The notes beneath the pieces are model-generated. The model ran no database searches, was not told where the DNA came from, and saw only the letters and a program-made list of their open reading frames with translations. The position numbers and the translations under genes are program-made. A stretch of DNA of 42,166 nucleotides, from the sequence record SRR2962707_624; one strand, given 5' to 3'. Positions 35,502-42,166 of this stretch are shown piece after piece. Position 1 is the stretch's first letter, and every line of letters starts with the position of its first letter.

Positions 35502-36404
35502 ATGCAGGATGAACAAAACGGACGGCACGTACTCCGCTTCGCCCCGAGCCCGAACGGCTGGCTCCATCTCGGCCATGCCTATTCCGCGCTTTTCGCCTTC
35601 GAAATGGCAAAGCGCATCGGCGGCCGGTTCCTGCTGCGGATTGAGGACATCGACACGGGCCGCTGCCGCCCCGAATACGAGAGCGCGATCCATGAAGACC
35701 TTGCATGGCTCGGCATCGGCTGGGAAGAGCCGGTGCGCCGCCAGTCTGAGCATTTCGCCAGCTACGAGGCGGGCCTGAAGCGTCTGCGGGAGATGGACCT
35801 CGTCTATCCCTGCTTCGCGACGCGAAAGGAAATCCACGACGCCATCGTCGCAAGCGGCATCCCGCTTCAGAACTGGCCGACCGATCCCGACGGTGCGCCG
35901 CTTTATCCCGGTATTTGCAAGGACATGCCGAAGGAACGGCTGAACGAGTTGATGTGGGACGGCCGGACCTATGCCTGGCGGCTCGACACCGAGAAGGCAA
36001 AGCGCGAGGCCGAACGCATCAATGGCGGCCCCGTCACGTTCACCGAGGAAGGCGAGAGCCCGCGCGGGGACCGCGGTCTGCTCCCGATCGAGCCCGAGCT
36101 CTTCGGCGATGTCGTCATCGCCAGGAAGGATGTGCCAACGAGTTACCATCTCGCAGTCACGACGGACGATGCCCTGCAGGGTGTGACGCTCGTCACGCGC
36201 GGACAGGACCTCTTTTCCGCAACCTATATCCACCGCCTCCTGCAGGTGCTGCTCGGCCTTCCCGAACCGCGCTACCACCATCACGGGCTCGTTCGCGACG
36301 AAACCGGGCGACGGCTGTCGAAAAGCGCGAAGGACATGGGGCTGAAGGAACTCCGCCACGCCGGAAAGACGCCCGCCGACATCAGGCGGATGGCCGGGCT
36401 TTAA
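35502..36404 (+). CDS. gluQ: tRNA glutamyl-Q(34) synthetase GluQRS
   Basis: Motifs RFAPSPNGWLHLGH, RIEDID, YHLAVTTDD, VTRGQDL and RLSKS. No anticodon-binding domain (300 aa). Confidence 0.92.
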   Translation: MQDEQNGRHVLRFAPSPNGWLHLGHAYSALFAFEMAKRIGGRFLLRIEDIDTGRCRPEYESAIHEDLAWLGIGWEEPVRRQSEHFASYEAGLKRLREMDLVYPCFATRKEIHDAIVASGIPLQNWPTDPDGAPLYPGICKDMPKERLNELMWDGRTYAWRLDTEKAKREAERINGGPVTFTEEGESPRGDRGLLPIEPELFGDVVIARKDVPTSYHLAVTTDDALQGVTLVTRGQDLFSATYIHRLLQVLLGLPEPRYHHHGLVRDETGRRLSKSAKDMGLKELRHAGKTPADIRRMAGL

Positions 36405-36518
36405 CCATAGCGGCGGTGAGCCCCGCATGGCGCGGAACCTGCTTCGTAAGTGTTGAACAAACGGTTTGCTCCCGAAAAGGGACGAAACCGTGCCTTTTCG
36501 ACCCTGAGGAGCCCCCCA

Positions 36519-37574
36519 ATGGCCGTCACTGAAACACCTTCTGTTTCGAAATCGCGCATCGACTGGATCGACGCCGCGAAGGGCCTGACCATCATTCTGG
36601 TCGTCATGGAACACACGACATTTGGCGTCCAGGGCGCGATAGGCCATCTGCCGCCCATCTTCGGGGCCATTGCCGAATTCGCGAAACCGTTCCGCATGCC
36701 GCTCTTCTTTCTGGTTGCGGGCCTCTTTGCCTGGAAGGCGCTCTATGGCGACCTCCGCAAATTCGTAGACGGCAAGATTGTCCACTTCGCCTATTTCTAC
36801 GTCCTCTGGTCCGCCATCCAGATCGGCATCAAGATCGCCGTGCCGCATGATGGCGGCTGGCAGGTGACCTATGTCGACCTGCTCATGATCCCGATCCAGC
36901 CCTTCGCTGTGCTCTGGTTCATCTATTCGCTGGCGATGTTCTTCGCCGCCATACGTCTCATGCGCAGTGCGCGGCCCGCCTTCGTTCTCTTCTTCGCCAT
37001 CGCGCTCTATTTCATGCGCCTCGACACCGGCTGGATGTTGATCGACGAATTCGCCTGGCGCTTCGTCTGGTTCGTCGCCGGCGTCTACGGCGCAAAGCAG
37101 GTCTTCGAGATCGCGGACTGGGCGCGCGCCCGGCCTGCACATGGCATTGCCCTCGCAGCAGTTCTGCTCGCGAGTGTCGGCACCGTCGTCTTCTCGCACC
37201 TGATCGATATTCGCGGGCTGGAGCTTCTTATGGGCTTTGCGGGCGGCGGAGCTGCCGTGATGCTTGTCAGCATCGCCGCGTCACAGGGTTTTGCGGGACC
37301 ACTGGCTTATGTCGGCAAGCACTCGCTCTATATCTTTCTCTCTTTCTTCCTGCCCATGGCCGCCATGCGTGTTCTCATGGTGAAGCTCGGCTTCGAGAAT
37401 GGAGACCTGATAACGCTCGTCGCACTCGTCGTCGCGGTCATCACGCCGATCATCGGCTTCAGGATACTGGAGAAGACGCCGCTCAACTTCCTCTATATCC
37501 GCCCGGACATGTTCCGCCTCACGGCGCCACGCAACTTCAAGCCGAACATCGTCATGGCTGCGGGCGGCGACTGA
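36519..37574 (+). CDS. Acyltransferase family 3 membrane protein (YcfT-like)
   Basis: Motifs RIDWIDAAKG..IILVV.EH, FRMPLFF, LWFIY and GKHSLYIF; about ten TM helices. GAGGAG RBS. Confidence 0.9.
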   Translation: MAVTETPSVSKSRIDWIDAAKGLTIILVVMEHTTFGVQGAIGHLPPIFGAIAEFAKPFRMPLFFLVAGLFAWKALYGDLRKFVDGKIVHFAYFYVLWSAIQIGIKIAVPHDGGWQVTYVDLLMIPIQPFAVLWFIYSLAMFFAAIRLMRSARPAFVLFFAIALYFMRLDTGWMLIDEFAWRFVWFVAGVYGAKQVFEIADWARARPAHGIALAAVLLASVGTVVFSHLIDIRGLELLMGFAGGGAAVMLVSIAASQGFAGPLAYVGKHSLYIFLSFFLPMAAMRVLMVKLGFENGDLITLVALVVAVITPIIGFRILEKTPLNFLYIRPDMFRLTAPRNFKPNIVMAAGGD

Positions 37575-37577
37575 CCC

Positions 37578-38522
37578 TCAGAGGAACCAGCCGATAAGGA
37601 CCGTCAGCGTCAAAAGGCTGACGCCGGTGGAAAGCACCACCGTACTCGACGCGGCGCCGGGCGCGGCACGGTAACGGTTCGCAAGGATCGAGGAATAGAC
37701 GCCTGTCGGCATGGCCGCGAGCAGCGTCGCTGCGGTGACCCAGAGCGGCTCCAGTTCAAACACATACTGCGTCATGACAAAGACGAGCGCCGGGTGCGCG
37801 ACCAGCTTGAAAAAGGTCGTGATCGACGCCGCGCCCACGGAACGGCGGATGCTGTGGCGCGTCAGCATGGCGCCGAGCACGAAGAGCGCGCAGGGAATGG
37901 CCGAACGCGCCACCATCTCCAGCGCCGCATCGATAACCGCGGGAAGCGGCACACCGAGCTGGCCATAGATGACACCGGCGGCGATGCCGATGATGATGGG
38001 GTTTTTCGCCGTGTTGAGAAGCCCCTCTTTCAGGATCACCGCGAAACGCGGACGCTCCTCATCTTCCCTCGCCCGCGTAAGCTCCAAAAGGAAAGTCGCG
38101 ATGGTGAAGAGAATAATCCCGTGGAAAGCGAGGATCAGAAAGACGGGCGTGCCCGCCTCCTGCCCGAAGCCTGTCAGGATGATCGGCAGCCCCAGCATGA
38201 TTGTGTTGCCCTGCCCGCAGCCGAAACCGAGCATGACGGCATCAGCAGCCGGGCGGCGTAGAATGAAGAGCGCGATCAGCGAGCCCGCCGCCCAGACGGC
38301 AAGCATGGCGCCGTAATAGGAAATCCATAAGCCCCAGGGCAGCGCCGCCGGAAACTCGGTATGCGCGAGGTTCCTGAACAGCAGCAGCGGCATCGCGAAA
38401 GTGAAAACATAAGTGTCGAGCCCATCGACGCCCGCATGGCTGATGAGCTTCGAGCGCGCACCGGCATAGCCGAGAGCGATCACACCGAAGATCGGCAGAA
38501 CAAGGGAAAGAGCGACGGGCAT
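37578..38522 (-). CDS. AEC (auxin efflux carrier) family transporter
   Basis: Motifs VLPIFGVIALGY, FAMPLLLF, GNTIMLGLP, KNPIIIG, KLVAHP and AAMPTG. Confidence 0.92.
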   Translation of the reverse strand: MPVALSLVLPIFGVIALGYAGARSKLISHAGVDGLDTYVFTFAMPLLLFRNLAHTEFPAALPWGLWISYYGAMLAVWAAGSLIALFILRRPAADAVMLGFGCGQGNTIMLGLPIILTGFGQEAGTPVFLILAFHGIILFTIATFLLELTRAREDEERPRFAVILKEGLLNTAKNPIIIGIAAGVIYGQLGVPLPAVIDAALEMVARSAIPCALFVLGAMLTRHSIRRSVGAASITTFFKLVAHPALVFVMTQYVFELEPLWVTAATLLAAMPTGVYSSILANRYRAAPGAASSTVVLSTGVSLLTLTVLIGWFL

Positions 38523-38593
38523 GGGACGTCCGGCGGCAGGAGAAAGGCGCGGCGGACACTAGCCCTGCGCGGCCACCTCGTCAAAAGCGTGAC

Positions 38594-39280
38594 CTACCAG
38601 TCGTAGAGCCCGGTATATTTCTGGAACCCGGCGGCTTTCGCCCAGCCTGCCCATTGCTCACGCACGCGCTTGGTGACGCTCGGACTTCCACCGCCCTGCC
38701 CCACGCCGAGCATCACAAGCTCCGCGCAGCCGGGATAGAGCAAGGCCGGATGCGGCAGCGAGCCGCCTCGCGTGAGCTTCGCATATTCCGAATCCTCGAA
38801 GCCGTCCGTCAGGAGAATGACCGTCACCTCGGAAGCATCGCAGTCGATCAGTTGCGAAGTGTTTTCGAGGAAGGAGATGACATTCGTGTAGCCTTGCGCC
38901 TGCAGCTTTCCCTGCGCGACGAGTTCCGGCACAGCCGAGATCAGCGCGCTTATGCCATCGGCAACCGCCTTCGGCTTTGCGCGCGTCGAGATCACTTCGT
39001 CAATCTTGAGCGCATTGGCGCTCGTGTCGTAGGAACCGAAGGTTCTGAGCATCACATGCGAGCGTAGCGGCAGCGTGTCGAGCTCGGAAGCCGTGCGCTG
39101 GCCGACGCGGGCCGCATAAGCGGCATCCTCCACCAGCGGGTTGCTCTTCGACATGTCGAGCCCGATGACAACCGTGCGCACGCGGGCGGGCGCATCGACG
39201 GCGCCTGCGCTTGCGCCGGACATGACGGCCGCACAAACGAGAGCGAAGGACAAGAGACGCCGCACCTGCGTGATCCTCAT
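38594..39280 (-). CDS. Exported hypothetical protein with vWA/MIDAS-like motifs
   Basis: Signal peptide, VIGLDMSKS (DxSxS), YTNV and VILLTDG. ATGA overlap with the upstream gene. Confidence 0.7.
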   Translation of the reverse strand: MRITQVRRLLSFALVCAAVMSGASAGAVDAPARVRTVVIGLDMSKSNPLVEDAAYAARVGQRTASELDTLPLRSHVMLRTFGSYDTSANALKIDEVISTRAKPKAVADGISALISAVPELVAQGKLQAQGYTNVISFLENTSQLIDCDASEVTVILLTDGFEDSEYAKLTRGGSLPHPALLYPGCAELVMLGVGQGGGSPSVTKRVREQWAGWAKAAGFQKYTGLYDW

Positions 39281-40398
39281 TCGCCGGCCGAGCCGATGGG
39301 GATACGGCGGGATTGACGCGGCGGCAGAACTTCGCCGATGGGTTCGCGGATCGCTTCGAGACGCGCCGGGCCCGCCTTCATCGCATTGCGCGAGCGGCGC
39401 TCCCACCATTCGTCGAAAATCTTTTCATAACGGCCAAGCTGGCGCGAATTCTCGCAGGCCTTCAGCCGGTCGCCAAAGGAGTACCCGGAACCGTTGACGA
39501 GTGCCGGCGTCTCCTTGCGGCGTCCGAGCAGCCCGCGGCCGCCGGATGCCTGGAGCGGCTTCACCGTGTCGCCCTTGCGGCGGGCTTCATCGAGACCCTG
39601 CTCGTAGGAACGGCATTCCCGCATGAGACCGGTCCAGAGAAGGTGACGCCGGTTTTCCGGTCCTTCCATCTCCGAAAGCGAGTGCCGGTTGCTGTCGTAC
39701 TCCGCTTCGAGCGAAGCGAGACGCTCCATCGCGGTGCGGCGATGCTTGAAGTCGCGCGCGAGAAAGACCTTTCGCAACGACTCGACCGCATAGTGAATGC
39801 AGAGCGCCGCAACGCCCGTCACCACGAGGAAGACGATACCGAGCGAGGCGAGCCATGCCAGCGGCTGCCAGCCACGCATCTGGTCGATCTCCGTTGCGGT
39901 TCGCCTCGTTTCCTGCGTCGCCTCGGTCGAGATGCCGAGACCCGCAAGCGCATTGCCGAGCGAGGAGCCGACGCTGCCATCGCTCGAAGCGGCGATCCCG
40001 TTCGGCAGAGACATCAGCGCCAGAAGAAGACCGACGCCCAGCAGCATCGTCAGCGCGAGAACGAAGACGATGCGGACGAAGACCGCCTTGCCGAACGGCC
40101 CAAGCTGCTCATAAAGAATATGCGCGGCAACGGTCGCGAACAGCACTTGCATCGACTTGAAGGCGACGGAGGAACCAAGTGCGCCCGGCAGCTCGAGGAA
40201 CTCGTTGGCAAGCGCGCGTGTCCAGAACTCGCTGACGATCATGTAGTCGACGACGAGCGCGCCGAAGGCTATGAGACCGACCAGGATGAATGTCATGAAG
40301 TAGAAGCTCGCGAAGCGCGCCTGCCGCTCGCTCGCCACGTAATTGCGCGTCATTTCTGCGCGCATGTCGTCGGAAATCAGGGAGACACCGTTGCTCAT
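39277..40398 (-). CDS. Hypothetical membrane protein (about 4 TM, C-terminal coiled-coil-like domain)
   Basis: Four hydrophobic segments then a charged helical tail. ATGA overlaps at both ends. Confidence 0.8.
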   Translation of the reverse strand: MSNGVSLISDDMRAEMTRNYVASERQARFASFYFMTFILVGLIAFGALVVDYMIVSEFWTRALANEFLELPGALGSSVAFKSMQVLFATVAAHILYEQLGPFGKAVFVRIVFVLALTMLLGVGLLLALMSLPNGIAASSDGSVGSSLGNALAGLGISTEATQETRRTATEIDQMRGWQPLAWLASLGIVFLVVTGVAALCIHYAVESLRKVFLARDFKHRRTAMERLASLEAEYDSNRHSLSEMEGPENRRHLLWTGLMRECRSYEQGLDEARRKGDTVKPLQASGGRGLLGRRKETPALVNGSGYSFGDRLKACENSRQLGRYEKIFDEWWERRSRNAMKAGPARLEAIREPIGEVLPPRQSRRIPIGSAGE

Positions 40399-40682
40399 GA
40401 CTTCGCCCCCCGGCTGAAGAAACCTTTTTTCTTCGGCTTCTCTTCTTTGGCGCCCTCAAGCGGCGCAGCCACGCGTTTCGCGAGTTCGCTTATTTCGCGC
40501 TCAAGCGTTTCCTGCCGCGCGCGGCGCCGCGCGAGTTCGGCGGCATAGGCCGCATCAAGCTCCGAGAGCCTCGAAAAAACATGAAGTTCGGGAAGGGGTT
40601 CAGCATTTCTGCCGTAGTGCCAGGCCGTCTGGCCCTTGTCCTGTCCGCCCTGCCCGCCAGTGGTGTCGAAACCGTCGCTCAT
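40395..40682 (-). CDS. Small hypothetical coiled-coil protein (95 aa)
   Basis: GAAAGGA RBS, heptad-like LSELDAAYAAELARRRARQETLEREISELAKR segment and KKKGFFSR tail. Confidence 0.75.
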   Translation of the reverse strand: MSDGFDTTGGQGGQDKGQTAWHYGRNAEPLPELHVFSRLSELDAAYAAELARRRARQETLEREISELAKRVAAPLEGAKEEKPKKKGFFSRGAKS

Positions 40683-40711
40683 CAGCCGGTCCTTTCCTCA
40701 CGCACCCCGCT

Positions 40712-40727
40712 TTAACACTCTTTTAAC
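40712..40727. promoter_or_regulatory. Putative CtrA-binding site
   Basis: TTAA-cactctt-TTAAC is an exact match to TTAA-N7-TTAAC, about 30 nt upstream of ATG 40682. Confidence 0.7.
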
Positions 40728-40890
40728 TGTAACATTCTGGGCGGCCGGCGCGGAGTCCTGAAAAGTCGAAAGAGATCGAAATAGATGCTGCCCCAAGGAC
40801 TTCATGAGCCCAAACTTGATTGTCCCATTGAAGGACTTCAATGCGGCAGAAACATTATGGGAATAAGGCGAGAATGTGATCACCCCGAGT

Positions 40891-40913
40891 GCATGCCGCT
40901 TTATGCGGCATGC
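40891..40913 (-). terminator. Stem-loop directly after the ecm stop (terminator or stabilising hairpin)
   Basis: GCATGCCGC-tttat-GCGGCATGC is a perfect 9-bp stem with no clear U tract. Confidence 0.45.
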
Positions 40914-40914
40914 C

Positions 40915-42165
40915 TCACGCCGCCTCTTCCGTGTTGTAGTCCACGAGGCGGACGACATCGGCCATGATGTCGTTGATCTGGAAATCCTTCGGCGTGTAGA
41001 TCGCGGAGACGCCTGCGGCGCGGAGCTTCTCTTCATCATCCGCCGGAATGATGCCGCCGACGACGACGGGGATCGCGTCGAGGCCCGCTTCGCGAAGCCG
41101 CGTCATCACATCCTCCACCAGCAGGATATGGCTGCCCGAAAGTATCGAGAGGCCGATGACATGGACCTCGCCATCCTGCGCCGCCTTGACGATCTGCTCC
41201 GGGGTCAGGCGGATGCCCTCATAGACGACGTCCATGCCGCTGTCGCGCGCGCGGACCGCGATCTGCTCGGCACCGTTCGAATGACCATCAAGGCCCGGCT
41301 TGCCGACAAGGAACTTGAGCTTGCGGCCGAGCTTCGAGGACACGACGTTGACCATCTCGCGCACACGGTCGAGATCGCCGGGGGCGTTGCGTGCGGCGCG
41401 AGAGACGCCCGTCGGCGCGCGGTATTCGCCGAAGGTTTCGCGAAGCGCCGTGCCCCATTCACCGGTGGTGACACCTACCTTCGCGCAGGCAATGGACGGC
41501 TCCATGATGTTGCGGCCTTCCTTGGCCGCAGCGCGCAGCTCGGCAAGCGCCGCCGCGACAGCATCGTTGTCGCGCGTCTCGCGCCACTTCTTCAGCGCCG
41601 CGACCTGCTCCGCCTCGACGCCTTCCTCGATCACATGGATCGAACCTGCGCCCGTCGACAACGGTGAGGGTGAACTCTCTTCGTACTTGTTGACGCCGAC
41701 AACAACCTGCCGCCCCGCCTCGATTTCCTCAAGCCGCGCAGAATTGGATTCGACGAGGCGTTCCTTCATATAGGCGCTCTCGACTGCGGCGACCGCGCCA
41801 CCCATCTGCTCGATGCGCGCAAGCTCTTCCCGCGCTTCCACCTTCAGCGCCTCGACCTTCGCATCCATCACCTTCGAGCCATCGAAGATGTCGGCATATT
41901 CGAGAAGGTCACTTTCATAGGCAAGAATCTGCTGCGCGCGGAGTGACCACTGCTGGTCCCATGGGCGCGGCAGGCCAAGCGCCTCGTTCCACGCTGGCAA
42001 CTGCACGGCGCGAGCCCGCGCATTTTTCGACAGCGTCACCGCCAGCATTTCGAGCAGGATGCGATAGACATTGTTTTCAGGCTGCTGCTCGGTGAGCCCG
42101 AGCGAGTTCACCTGCACGCCATAGCGGAAGCGGCGAAGCTTCGCATCCTCGACGCCGTAGCGTTC
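40915..42165 (-). CDS. ecm: Ethylmalonyl-CoA mutase / protein MeaA, B12-dependent (5' part beyond the window)
   Basis: Motifs RYGVQVNSLGLTEQQPENN, QLPAWNEALGLPRPWDQQWSLR and B12-binding KPGLDGHSNG..SILSGSH..VGG. The frame is open to the window edge. Confidence 0.92.
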   Translation of the reverse strand, partial: ERYGVEDAKLRRFRYGVQVNSLGLTEQQPENNVYRILLEMLAVTLSKNARARAVQLPAWNEALGLPRPWDQQWSLRAQQILAYESDLLEYADIFDGSKVMDAKVEALKVEAREELARIEQMGGAVAAVESAYMKERLVESNSARLEEIEAGRQVVVGVNKYEESSPSPLSTGAGSIHVIEEGVEAEQVAALKKWRETRDNDAVAAALAELRAAAKEGRNIMEPSIACAKVGVTTGEWGTALRETFGEYRAPTGVSRAARNAPGDLDRVREMVNVVSSKLGRKLKFLVGKPGLDGHSNGAEQIAVRARDSGMDVVYEGIRLTPEQIVKAAQDGEVHVIGLSILSGSHILLVEDVMTRLREAGLDAIPVVVGGIIPADDEEKLRAAGVSAIYTPKDFQINDIMADVVRLVDYNTEEAA

Positions 42166-42166
42166 G

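Noticed and set aside
1-42166. CRISPR array, rRNA, transposase or prophage genes
   Set aside because: No regularly spaced direct repeats and no recognisable cas, rRNA, transposase or phage motifs were seen.

Overview
A GC-rich, gene-dense alphaproteobacterial chromosome segment. Gene content is Parvibaculum/Hyphomicrobiales-like, which is an inference. All product calls come from reading motifs by eye; no database search was run. The window holds about 44 protein genes, one tRNA-Leu(CAA) and one pseudogene. Lipid and xenobiotic metabolism dominates: a glpD-like/diacylglycerol-kinase/alkyl-DHAP-synthase operon divergent from a LuxR regulator, three intact acyl-CoA ligases, esterases, SDRs, paired CMD/AhpD, GST and luciferase-like monooxygenase paralogues, and two TetR regulators with visible operators. 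Housekeeping genes include coq7, gluQ, a DsbB-family gene, a TusA-family gene and a truncated ecm/meaA. The most striking locus is a tightly coupled four-gene operon at 15861-19401 (minus strand). It encodes a membrane-anchored arylsulfate sulfotransferase, a small membrane peptide whose predicted mature N-terminus is its only Tyr, a DUF106/Oxa1-like membrane protein and a cytoplasmic PAPS-dependent sulfotransferase. I hypothesise this is a trans-membrane sulfate relay. Also notable are a three-gene unknown operon with an exported vWA-like protein under a perfect CtrA box, an internally deleted feruloyl-CoA-synthase remnant, a SulP gene lacking a good canonical start codon, and two palindromic repeat elements. 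No CRISPR array, integrase, transposase or prophage was seen.
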